IMG/VR virus record: IMGVR_UViG_3300020045_010482
Coordinates: 1 to 41,689 of that record
DNA: 41,689 nucleotides
Source: a virus
Lineage: Duplodnaviria > Caudoviricetes
Strand: one strand, 5' to 3'
The translations under genes and the position numbers were made by a program. Below the pieces are notes generated by a model. That model ran no database searches. It was not told the origin of the DNA and was given only the letters and a program-made list of their open reading frames with translations. Shown piece after piece: positions 9,588 to 19,600 of this stretch; position 1 is the first letter of the stretch, and every line of letters begins with the position of its first letter.

Positions 9588-10031
9588 ATGAGTATCAAAG
9601 GCGAAAAAGGAATTATCTACATTTACACAGGTGCTGCCTATAAGCCAGTCGCCTGTCTAACTTCAAACAGTTTAAACACAACTGTTTCAATGATTGAAAG
9701 TCAAACAAAATGTTATCCCGGAGTCGTTAAAAAAACAGCGGGATCATTTAGTTATACAATCGATGCGGAAGGCGAATATATCGACACTACAACGGTTGGA
9801 GGAGATACTGCAAAACAATCTCACGATGCATTATTTTTGTTGCAACAAGCGAAAACATTAGTCGAGTGGAAATTAGACACAAACATCGACGATGCCACAT
9901 CAGTTAAATATTTCGGCAGCGGGTATATTACTGATTTGAGCGCAACCTTTGGAAGTGGTGACGAAGTTTCAACATTTAGCGCAACTATTGACGGAGACGG
10001 GGCAATTGTGTTAACCGACCCTAACGCATGA
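9588..10031 (+). CDS. major tail tube protein (TP901-1/lambda-like fold)
   Basis: ACLTSNSL, Y.G.GYITDLS, TFSATIDGDG; position before chaperone and tape measure. Confidence 0.85.
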   Translation: MSIKGEKGIIYIYTGAAYKPVACLTSNSLNTTVSMIESQTKCYPGVVKKTAGSFSYTIDAEGEYIDTTTVGGDTAKQSHDALFLLQQAKTLVEWKLDTNIDDATSVKYFGSGYITDLSATFGSGDEVSTFSATIDGDGAIVLTDPNA

Positions 10032-10089
10032 ACTAGCGTTTTCAATAGTGTTTTTAGCAGTGAATTTGCTTAACCTTAAATAAAATAAA

Positions 10090-10539
10090 ATGACAAATAC
10101 AGCATTAAAGGCGCAGATTGACAGCCAAATAACAAATGAAACGACCCCATCAGGAATTACTCCGACAGAGGTTGGAATTAATTTAAAATCAATTGTTGAT
10201 TATGTTGACCAAGAAACAGGAGGTACAAGCGCATCAGTAACACTAAGTGCCACGCCTTCGGAATTAACGAACAAGATAACTTCTTGTAGTTTTACTGGAG
10301 GCATCGCCTATCTGCCTGCTGTCACAAAAATAGGCACTGAAATGTACGTTATTGCAGTCGCAAATAATATTGAAATCAGGGCTAATGTCGCAAACACATC
10401 TAAAATGTTCACGACATTTAACACTTTCATTTCGAACGTAGTTCTCGCTCAATATCAAATGTATAGATTTATTTACATTGGATTTGGTACAGGGTCTGGT
10501 GGTAGTGTAGATGGATATTGGAAAGCTGAATTATTATAA
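10090..10539 (+). CDS. putative tail decoration / short fibre protein
   Basis: N-terminal LKAQIDSQI...ITP.EVG..LKSIVDYVD amphipathic helices then a beta-rich domain; sits between tube and chaperone genes. Confidence 0.5.
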   Translation: MTNTALKAQIDSQITNETTPSGITPTEVGINLKSIVDYVDQETGGTSASVTLSATPSELTNKITSCSFTGGIAYLPAVTKIGTEMYVIAVANNIEIRANVANTSKMFTTFNTFISNVVLAQYQMYRFIYIGFGTGSGGSVDGYWKAELL

Positions 10540-10540
10540 C

Positions 10541-10897
10541 ATGAAAAAAATAAATTTACACATAGGTGGTCAATACCGAGATTTTTATTTCGGCCTTGGT
10601 TTTTTGGGTAACTTGTTGGAAAAAACAGGTGTTCAAATGCATGAAATCGATGCAAAAATACAAGCCAATCCGTTTAAATGGATGCCGGAAATTATGTATC
10701 ATTCTTTGGCTTATGGCTACATAAGAAAAAACGAAACCACTGATTTTGATGTTTTTACAATTTCGGATTGGATTGATGATGACGGAGGATTTGACTCTAA
10801 AAGTGTTGTTGATTTTTTTACAGCCTTTGGACAGTCGTTAAAAAAAGACGTGCCAGAACAAAAAGAAGAGGTTAAAAAAAAAGTGACGAAAAAATAA
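10541..10897 (+). CDS. tail assembly chaperone (gpG-like); likely start ATG 10541
   Basis: Position; ends in A-rich slippery tract encoding KKKVTKK. Confidence 0.75.
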   Translation: MKKINLHIGGQYRDFYFGLGFLGNLLEKTGVQMHEIDAKIQANPFKWMPEIMYHSLAYGYIRKNETTDFDVFTISDWIDDDGGFDSKSVVDFFTAFGQSLKKDVPEQKEEVKKKVTKK

Positions 10898-11217
10898 ACT
10901 GGAGCGAAGATGTAATAAGTTTTGCTTTGGGTGAACTTAAATGTCCTGATTTGGATTTCGTTTACGATATGACGTGGGCAGAATTTCAAATCAGGCTTTT
11001 TTCGTATAAACGACAAGATTTATATAAATGGCAAATGTTGCGTGAAATGATGTGGACAACCTATATTGCACCACATCAAGACCCAAAAAAAATGGTGAAA
11101 CAAAAAGAAAATTTCTTACCTTTGAGAGAAGATAAAAAAATAAAACAAGGCGTTACCCAAGAGCATAAAGATAATTTTATAAAAGCATTCCAAAAATGGC
11201 AACAGGAAACAAGTTAG
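10876..11217 (+). CDS. gpT-like -1 frameshift extension of the tail chaperone
   Basis: -1 frame is open from 10876 (after TAA 10873) to 11217; reads ..INWSEDVISFALGEL..FVYDMTWAEF; no good ATG start. Confidence 0.75.
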   Translation, partial: KKSDEKINWSEDVISFALGELKCPDLDFVYDMTWAEFQIRLFSYKRQDLYKWQMLREMMWTTYIAPHQDPKKMVKQKENFLPLREDKKIKQGVTQEHKDNFIKAFQKWQQETS

Positions 11218-13037
11218 AAGTACAAATTGGAGCGGATGTGTCCGATTTAAAACAAGGAATTGCCGAAGCTGTCATTGCTTTAGAAAAATTGCGACAACAA
11301 AAATCTGCTAATTTAAAAGTTGGGTTAGATGTTACTGAACTGAATAAGCAAATCCTTACGGCAAAAAACAATTTGGCAGGATTGCAAAAACAGTTTTCTG
11401 CAACTTCTCCATCCGTTGACAAAATGGCTAAAAGCACAGCCAACGGATCAAACGCTTTGATGCAGTTTTCACGTATCGCACAAGATGCCCCATACGGTAT
11501 TATTGGTATTGGAAATAACATCACGGCAACCGTTGAGAGTTTTGGACACTTAAAGAATGCGACAGGCTCAACAGGGGGAGCGTTAAAAGCTTTAGCGGGT
11601 TCGTTGCTTGGTAGTGGAGGGATTTTATTAGGTGTTTCTTTGCTTACAACAGGATTGACATTTATGGCTCAAAGTGGATTGAGCGTTAGCGATGTTATAG
11701 ACAAAATTACTGGAGACTTTGACGAGTTCGGTGACGCTATTAAAAAAGCAAGTGACGAAGCCGTAAAATCCACGACTGGGGAGTTGTTTGGATTAAAAGC
11801 GTTAGTTTCAGCAGCTCAAAACAAAGCGTTATCGGACAAAGAAAGATTAATAGCGGTTGATAATTTACAAAAACAATATCCGGGGTATTTTGGCAATTTG
11901 TCGAAAGAGCAAATAATGACCTCCAACTTGACAGGGGTTGTAAATGAACTTACAGAAGCATTGGTAAACCGTGCCATTGCTGAAAAATTAGCGAGTGCAT
12001 CTGCTGATATTCAATTAAAAGTTTTTTCTGCTAATGCTAAATTAGTTAAGCAAAAAAATGAAACGCTAAAACTTGAACAACAACTAGCCAAATTAAGAAA
12101 CGGAGCATCAAATGATGAACTATATGCCGATAATCAAAAATTTATAGCTGTTACTAATTTAAACGCATTAGTAAATAATTCTAAAAAATTAGAGAGCGAT
12201 TACAGACAGGAAATTTTATCTGGGACAAAGGCATTAGAGCGCAGGCAAGGAGTTATAAACACACTTCAAGCGTCTAATTTAAAATTAGACCAAAAAGCCG
12301 CAGGAAAAACAAAAGCAACAAAAACAGAAAATATACTAAGCGTAGGAACAGTTAAGCCTTCGTTAAGCACTGATGAACAAAACGACAAGTTGTTGTCGAT
12401 GTTCAGAGATAGGCTCAGCGAAGATTTGACTAATTTAAAAACCAACCCTATAGAGCTAAACATTCCAATAGTACCTATTTTTTTAACAGATGCCGAGTTT
12501 AATTTAAAAAAAACATTAGAATTGCTTAGGAATTTTTCAAAAGAAGCCGAAGGTATAATTGAAGGAAGTCTAGCCTCCACATTTGATAATTTAGGAACTG
12601 CTATTGGGGGGGCACTTGCAACTGGCGGCAATGTTTTTCAAGCTATTGGCAACTCATTGTTAGCGAGTTTGGGGGCTTTCTTGTCAGAAATGGGCGGGCT
12701 TTTGATAAAATACGGCACATTAGCTGTTGTAAAAGGAAAACTTGACTTGGCAATTGCCACAGGCGGCCCGATAGCTATTGGTGCAGGTCTTGCCGCAATT
12801 GCGGTTGGCGTTGCATTAAAAGCGGTTGGGGGAGCGATAGGCTCAAAAGCAAAAAGCGGTAATCAAGCATCGTATGCCACAGGCAACGGAGCAAACAATA
12901 CATCAACAACATCAGGAGGCGGTGGATGGAGCGGAGGTATGAATGGAACAGTTGTTTTTGAAATAGCAGGAACTTCTTTAATAGGTGTTCTAAATAACAC
13001 CACTCAACGAAATTTAAGAATAGGAGGACGAGGATAA
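11196..13037 (+). CDS. tail tape measure protein
   Basis: LEVQIGAD N-terminus, QDAPYG motif, Ala/Gly-rich helical and hydrophobic segments; position. Confidence 0.88.
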   Translation: MATGNKLEVQIGADVSDLKQGIAEAVIALEKLRQQKSANLKVGLDVTELNKQILTAKNNLAGLQKQFSATSPSVDKMAKSTANGSNALMQFSRIAQDAPYGIIGIGNNITATVESFGHLKNATGSTGGALKALAGSLLGSGGILLGVSLLTTGLTFMAQSGLSVSDVIDKITGDFDEFGDAIKKASDEAVKSTTGELFGLKALVSAAQNKALSDKERLIAVDNLQKQYPGYFGNLSKEQIMTSNLTGVVNELTEALVNRAIAEKLASASADIQLKVFSANAKLVKQKNETLKLEQQLAKLRNGASNDELYADNQKFIAVTNLNALVNNSKKLESDYRQEILSGTKALERRQGVINTLQASNLKLDQKAAGKTKATKTENILSVGTVKPSLSTDEQNDKLLSMFRDRLSEDLTNLKTNPIELNIPIVPIFLTDAEFNLKKTLELLRNFSKEAEGIIEGSLASTFDNLGTAIGGALATGGNVFQAIGNSLLASLGAFLSEMGGLLIKYGTLAVVKGKLDLAIATGGPIAIGAGLAAIAVGVALKAVGGAIGSKAKSGNQASYATGNGANNTSTTSGGGGWSGGMNGTVVFEIAGTSLIGVLNNTTQRNLRIGGRG

Positions 13038-14839
13038 TGGAAAAATATTTCATAAGAAACGATTATACGGGTTATTTGGTTCAAATATTTGAGACTAGAT
13101 TTAGTGGCGCATCTACTGAAATATTCGGAAAAATTTCATTCGACAAAGGTAGCGTTGACAACATTCTCGATACTATTCGCGGTACTGGTTTGAGTTTGAA
13201 ATTAGAAGCAAATCCATTGCTGACATTTGATGAATTTTCGGAAGCAGATGAAAAAACATATACCGTAAAAGTTACAAAAAACAGCGTAACCGTATTCAAT
13301 GGTTTTCTGAAACCTGATGGGGTTACGCAGTCATTTGTCCGTGATATATGGGTAGTTGATTTGGATTTTATCGACGGTTTAGGAACTTTAAAAGATTTAT
13401 CTTTCGTAAAAAGCAACGGATTTACATTTACTGGTAAATTATCGATGTTTGAAGTTATTGAGGCTTGTTTGGCAAGAACTGGCATAGTAATGACAATCAA
13501 CAGTTTTATCGATGTTTATTATATTGATTATGCCGGAACAAATATTTTAAAAGACACTTATATTAATTCAGAGCGTTTTGTAAAAGTTGACGACAACACC
13601 ATAATGACGTGTGAAGAGGTCTTGAACTCGGTTTTAAATATCTTTTCTGCTTGCATTACCCAACAAGATGGGCAATGGTGGGTATATAGACCAAACGAGT
13701 TTATAAACAACGTTACGTTTATTGACAACACCCTAAACACAACATTTACAAAAAATCTATACAAAAAAGTAGGTTCACAAATTGATAACTATTTTCCACA
13801 TCATTCCAACGGAAATCAACAAATCCAAACAAAAGGAGCGATTTCAGCGTATCGTTTAAATTATAAATATGGTTTTAAAACCGGAATGAACTCTAACCCA
13901 ACATTGCATCACGACAGCGCATTAATTTTTGACAGCTGGACTAAAGCAACTAACTTATATGGAACTGTTCTAATTAACGATTTGAACGATACAATGGGGT
14001 TGAAAATGGAAACAAAATATATCTTGTCAGACCCTATATTAAAAGAAATATTAAGAAGCCAAAGTGTTTTTGTAAATGCAGGAAGCCAAATCGATTTAAA
14101 AGTTGAATTAAGCGTAGAAACTAATTCGCAAACCAACTTCGGATTTAATATTGTTCGTTCAGATGGTTATTGGACAGATAGTAATGGTGTTTGGAAAAAT
14201 ACGGAAACATTAGCAAGGGTTACGCAAAATGGTGCAGGAAGTTTTGAATGGACTTTAAAAATAGAACCAGTACCAAGTGACTGTACTGTTTATGTTATAA
14301 TTAAGTCAGCTGTTTCGGATAAAATATCCCCGGTCGTTGTCGAAGTTCAAAGATGCGAACTTATTAATAATTTCAATTATGACGGCAAAATAGGGGAGTT
14401 TCACACGGTACAGAGAAACAGCGCTCCAAGCTCGATTATAAAGGAAAACCAAGAAGTTTATAATGGTGACAGTATTGGTGACGTGTTTATCGGTGCTATT
14501 TACAAAAGCGATAAAACAACCCTTACAACAGTTTGGACACGTAAAGGCAAGCTGGAAGAAAAATCTATTTTACAAATAAGTGCCGAGGACGATATGCGTA
14601 TCCAGCAAAAGCCAATTAAAGAGTTTACTGGGGATTTTTACGGTTATCTGCCATATTTATCTGTAATCGAAATAAATAACATAAACGGGTTATTCATGTT
14701 TGTAGAATATAGTTACGACACGGACACGAATATTACAAAAGGTAAATTGTTGCAGTTTTTTACAAGCGAGGTTGCCGACTTGAATTATAGTTTGACATTT
14801 GATTATGGCCAAACTACCAAGCCTTCAATTAGGGGTTAA
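13037..14839 (+). CDS. tail tip / hub protein
   Basis: 600-aa beta-rich protein right after the tape measure; DGLGTLKD, C.EVL..VL..F.A.I.Q..G.W. Confidence 0.65.
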   Translation: MEKYFIRNDYTGYLVQIFETRFSGASTEIFGKISFDKGSVDNILDTIRGTGLSLKLEANPLLTFDEFSEADEKTYTVKVTKNSVTVFNGFLKPDGVTQSFVRDIWVVDLDFIDGLGTLKDLSFVKSNGFTFTGKLSMFEVIEACLARTGIVMTINSFIDVYYIDYAGTNILKDTYINSERFVKVDDNTIMTCEEVLNSVLNIFSACITQQDGQWWVYRPNEFINNVTFIDNTLNTTFTKNLYKKVGSQIDNYFPHHSNGNQQIQTKGAISAYRLNYKYGFKTGMNSNPTLHHDSALIFDSWTKATNLYGTVLINDLNDTMGLKMETKYILSDPILKEILRSQSVFVNAGSQIDLKVELSVETNSQTNFGFNIVRSDGYWTDSNGVWKNTETLARVTQNGAGSFEWTLKIEPVPSDCTVYVIIKSAVSDKISPVVVEVQRCELINNFNYDGKIGEFHTVQRNSAPSSIIKENQEVYNGDSIGDVFIGAIYKSDKTTLTTVWTRKGKLEEKSILQISAEDDMRIQQKPIKEFTGDFYGYLPYLSVIEINNINGLFMFVEYSYDTDTNITKGKLLQFFTSEVADLNYSLTFDYGQTTKPSIRG

Positions 14840-14880
14840 TTTATTTCAATTCGTTCATAAATTTTTATTACTTTTACAAT

Positions 14881-15393
14881 ATGGATTTTTACAAAGGACA
14901 AGATCGCATTTTATACATAAAAGTACTTGGAAGCTACCTTCCAATTGCTTGCCTAACTGACAATCCATTTAGTGAAACAAGCGAGTTTATCGATACAACA
15001 ACACGTGATAATCAAGGATGGGCAACGTCACGCCCAACAATGCAAAGCTATACGATTTCATTTAGTGGATTGCAAATCAATTCAAGTGTTAGCGGTGGTA
15101 CTTTTACAGTTGTGAGTTACGACAAACTAAAACAATTAAAACGCTCAAAAACATTATTGGAATGGAAAATTGAAGGAGAATTTCCTGTTGTTGATTATGG
15201 TAAATGTTACATTCAAGAACTTTCGGAAGCTACTGCTGTTGATGAGTTTTTATCATTTTCTGGTAGTTTAGTTGGTTTTGGCATACCGCTTACAACAACC
15301 AAAGGAACAGATGTCTTGAACAGCGGAGACCCTAACGAGGTTATAGTAACAGACCCAGCGGCAACACAAATAATACAAACCAAACAATTATGA
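14881..15393 (+). CDS. second tail-tube-fold protein (paralogue of 9588..10031)
   Basis: Aligns by eye with the tube protein along its length. Confidence 0.75.
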   Translation: MDFYKGQDRILYIKVLGSYLPIACLTDNPFSETSEFIDTTTRDNQGWATSRPTMQSYTISFSGLQINSSVSGGTFTVVSYDKLKQLKRSKTLLEWKIEGEFPVVDYGKCYIQELSEATAVDEFLSFSGSLVGFGIPLTTTKGTDVLNSGDPNEVIVTDPAATQIIQTKQL

Positions 15394-15941
15394 TAGATCC
15401 TAATTTAATAACGACTGTTAGAGTTGACCAATTGCCACCGGACAGCATCCTGTTAACGGATATTTTCCCGTTTGAAACATTGTCTGACCAAACTTTGAAA
15501 AAAACTACTTTTCAAGATTTAGTTAATTTTATCAATATTCATTCGGCCGCCTTGCAATTTGAGATAAAAGAAATGGCAGTCACGCAACAATATATTGATG
15601 ATAATTTTGATGTTACAGGATTAGGTATTAATTTATGTACTGGATTCGCTATCTGTAACGGACAAAACGGAACTCCAAACGATAATGGACTAACTGTTAT
15701 TGCTTATGGAAGTGATTTTTCAAATATAGGAGGGTATGGTGGTTCTCCAGATACGGTGTTGGTGTCGCATAGCCATAATATACGAAGAAATAGCAATAAC
15801 GCAGGGGGTTCTGGAGCACAATATACACTTGACAACTCAGGCACTTCTACGGATTATTCCACAACAGAAACAGCTGGAGTATCAGGAACGAACAAAAATT
15901 ACCAACCTTACGTTGTGCGTTTAAAAATGATGAAACTATGA
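15390..15941 (+). CDS. short tail fibre / tail-collar-like protein
   Basis: GFAICNGQNGTP, SHSH motif, NYQPYVV..MK C-terminus. Confidence 0.7.
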   Translation: MIDPNLITTVRVDQLPPDSILLTDIFPFETLSDQTLKKTTFQDLVNFINIHSAALQFEIKEMAVTQQYIDDNFDVTGLGINLCTGFAICNGQNGTPNDNGLTVIAYGSDFSNIGGYGGSPDTVLVSHSHNIRRNSNNAGGSGAQYTLDNSGTSTDYSTTETAGVSGTNKNYQPYVVRLKMMKL

Positions 15942-16618
15942 TAGACCCATTATTAATATCGACAATAAGAGTCGGCCAGTTAGTTGAAGCGCCTTTCAAT
16001 TTAACCGACAATATACCTCACGAAGTCGGAACTGATTTAAGGCGTGGTACTGTTTCTGATTTGTCCACATTTATAGCCGGAGTTATTGGCTCAACTGGGT
16101 CGTTGGCTTTTTTACCTATTTCCGTTACGGATGGACAAACACTGCCAAACACAACGACAAACGAATGGTTTTTAGCGGGAAAAGGCACATATCATCAAAC
16201 AGGCGGATTCCCCGATATTGTGTGTACAGAGGAATTAAATGCAATTGTCGGAAATGGAACGAATTGGATTTTAGGAGTTGAAATACCTATCGTGGTTGAT
16301 CCTCCTGCATCAATGATAAGCCAAACAGTAACACAAGGAGTTTTGAATTATTCCCCAAGCGAGGACGCTGTTTATCAAGCTTTGCAAAACTACGTTACCG
16401 GAATACAAATTATAAGATTTGTTGGCTCTGGACAGGATTATACTATTCCTGTAGGGGCTGTAGCTATGCCAATAGCGTATATAGACGGATATCCTCATTA
16501 TTTGGAACAAGCAGGGTTTGAATCAGACCTAAACACGTTCACGCAAACAACTAACGTCATTACGTTTAAACAAACAATAGAAGCAGGGTCACAAATTTTA
16601 ATTCAATTTTATACATAA
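15938..16618 (+). CDS. tail fibre adaptor-like structural protein
   Basis: Shares its N-terminal domain with the preceding gene; SPSEDAVYQAL fibre motif. Confidence 0.55.
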   Translation: MIDPLLISTIRVGQLVEAPFNLTDNIPHEVGTDLRRGTVSDLSTFIAGVIGSTGSLAFLPISVTDGQTLPNTTTNEWFLAGKGTYHQTGGFPDIVCTEELNAIVGNGTNWILGVEIPIVVDPPASMISQTVTQGVLNYSPSEDAVYQALQNYVTGIQIIRFVGSGQDYTIPVGAVAMPIAYIDGYPHYLEQAGFESDLNTFTQTTNVITFKQTIEAGSQILIQFYT

Positions 16619-19600
16619 TGAAAAAACTAATTTTATTTTTACTACCATTATTTGCGTTGGCGCAAAATAATCCATTCAAACCGCCCTACGGTATTCAAAA
16701 CACGGTAGCGACTGAAAACAACACACCTACTTACTTTGTTACGCAGGAAACGGATGGCGTGCATAAGAAAACACCTGCGGCTAATATCGCTTTAAAAACA
16801 GATTTGGATTTAAAACAAACTGTATTTACAGGAATTTGCCAAAAACAATTTTTAACCGAGAATGATTTTACCATTGATAACTCGGCATTAACTTTGACTA
16901 TTTCAACCGTCAAAAATGGTACTGCGATTTCAGCAATAAATCCGGTTAGGTTTTTCACGGACGGAAGCGGTATAGCGGTTATGCACGAAAAAACAAGTCC
17001 AGTTACTTTTAATTTTACAAACACAACTGGAATTTGGTATTTTTACTTCGATAGTTCAGGAAATCCAATAGCAACACAAACACCTTGGACTGAATTCTCA
17101 ACCATAGCCACAGTTTACCGTTTCTATTGGAATGCGACTTTAGGCGTTGCTGATAGACGGGTAATTGAAGCCGTGGAATTTCACAAGAATGATGTTAGCT
17201 GGGTTGACCACGCTTGGAAACACCTTGATGGCGCAAAATGGTCAAGCGGATTGACTATTTCAAGCAACGCAATTTCAGCGGGTACGCCTGCAGTAGATGG
17301 CTCGAATGCCGTAATAACGCTATCGAGCGGTACAATTTTGGACGACAACATTTATTATACATTGACGAATGCATCGACAGGCTCGGTTAAATTCACGCAG
17401 AATTTAGGCACGGGATTGCTTCCTGCAACATCAGGTAAGTTTATTTGCATCTCAAATAGTGCATCAGGTTTGTTGGAAAAAATACCTGCCACGGATTTTC
17501 CGTTTCTTTGGAATAGCGGAACAAACACGCCAGAATATTTAACAGTAAACGGCACACGTACAGCCGTAACGGCTAATAATTATTTCGTTTATTACGTTTA
17601 CGCACTTCAAGACCCTCGTTACGGGGAAACGATAAAAATCAAAAGTGCCGAAACTGACTTCGCAAATTTAACACTCGCACAGGCGCACAATTGGGAACAA
17701 TTGCAGACACTATTCCCGACGTTGCGAGACGGTGAAATTCGATTACTGTATAAATTGACTTTCGAATACAAAACATCTTATGATGTTGGCACCAAGAAAA
17801 GCGTGTTAAGATATGTGGACGATTTGCGAAAACAGAAAACAACTACCACTGCTGTGGCTTCCGGAACAGTACCAGCTACGAATGTAAGCGTTTCGCCTGT
17901 TGGTGGTATTGCAGCTACAAATGTTCAAAGTGCTTTGCAAGAGTTGGATAGTGAGAAACAAGCAGCTTTAGGATATACGCCTGAGAACGTAGCAAACAAA
18001 GCCACAGATTTCACAACCGTAAATAACACTCTTTATCCAAGTATACAAGCCACTAAAACTTATGTTGATTCAAAAGTACCAGCTACATACGCAACTATTG
18101 TATATGTAAATTCAACATCACCAAATACGGCAACGATATTTGATGATGAAAATCCGCCGGTTACCAATGATGATGCTTTTAAATTGTCAGTTGACAATCT
18201 ATATATTGGTACAGATGCAAGCTCTTGGGTGTATAACGGAAGTACTTACGTGACTAAGGTAGTTCCTGCGACTTCTAATTTCAATCTATATAATACTGCT
18301 ATTGATGCTGGAAACAATAAGGAATCTATTATTGAAAGGTTCGGAGTAATTGCCTCTAAATCCGGAAACATAGTAAGGAAAAATGGTTCTGATTCAGTTC
18401 TTGGGGGAGGCTATTTTTCTTTTTATAATAACGCAATTACCAGCGGCAACACCTTTCAACTAAACGCTTCAAATGGTTTGGATTTATGGAATTTCGCCTC
18501 AGGGTCTTGGAATAAAAGGTTTACTTTTTCAAGCGATGGCTATTTGACAGCCAATTTATTTATAAAAAAAGGAGGCACAAGCGCGCAATTTTTAATGGCT
18601 GACGGCTCTGTAACTACAGGCTCTGCAAATTCAAGTCCCTATTCTTTAAAGCATTTCAAAACCTATTTTTCTGATATAACTGGGTATACCGCAACGGGAT
18701 TTACTCCAACATACTCCAATGGGAAAATGATTTTTACTGGCGGCACAGGAGATTTTTCTAAATACATTTCAATTGATGGTTTGAAAAATACTGACGAAAA
18801 CATAGAAAGTGAAGTTACGTTTAAAGCAAGTGTAATTGGCTATGGGGTTAGTGTCGGGAAAAAATCAATCAATAGCTGGTATTCTGCATCCATATATTGC
18901 CACATCGACCCTACAGGTTCTGTTATGAAGATATGGGACGGTCAAGGATTGCTACCAGCTAACACAATAGCCAGTAAGTCAATACCAACAATAAACGCTA
19001 ACGATATTATAAAAATTAAATACTCTCAACTCGGAAACCAAATTATTTTCACTTATTATAACTTAACACAGGGCACAAGCTATCAATTGTCAATTTTAGG
19101 CAATTTATCCACAACAAAAAATTTTAAAATACCCAATTCTTCTGAAATGTGTGTTTTTAATAATTCAGGAACAAATGAAATTATTTCGGTAAAAGTTACA
19201 TCATTTTCAAATTATAAACCTGATATTTTAGTAATAGGAGATTCCAAATCTGTAGGATATTCAGCAAAAAACAACGGTTTAAGATGGGCAAATAATATTG
19301 GAAGTTTAGGAACTGTAATAGTAAATGCAGGGGATGGTGATAGAACGGTTGAAGCTACCCAAACCGTTGATTATACTAAATTAATAAAAGCTAAATATGC
19401 GATTATTGCAATAGGCAGAAATGATTTAGCATCAGGAGTTGCTTCTGGGACTTGGCAAACTAACTACGCTAACATTGTGACACAGTTACAAGCGCAAGGC
19501 ACGACAGTATTTCATTTATTACCCGTTCCAGAAACAACACAAGCAGACCAAAGCGCATTGAGCAATTGGATAACTACAACGTATGGAGTAGGAAACTGTA

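Noticed and set aside
10028-10036. ATG AAC TAG mini-ORF overlapping the tube stop
   Set aside because: Two codons only; does not explain the periodic peptide in the tube frame
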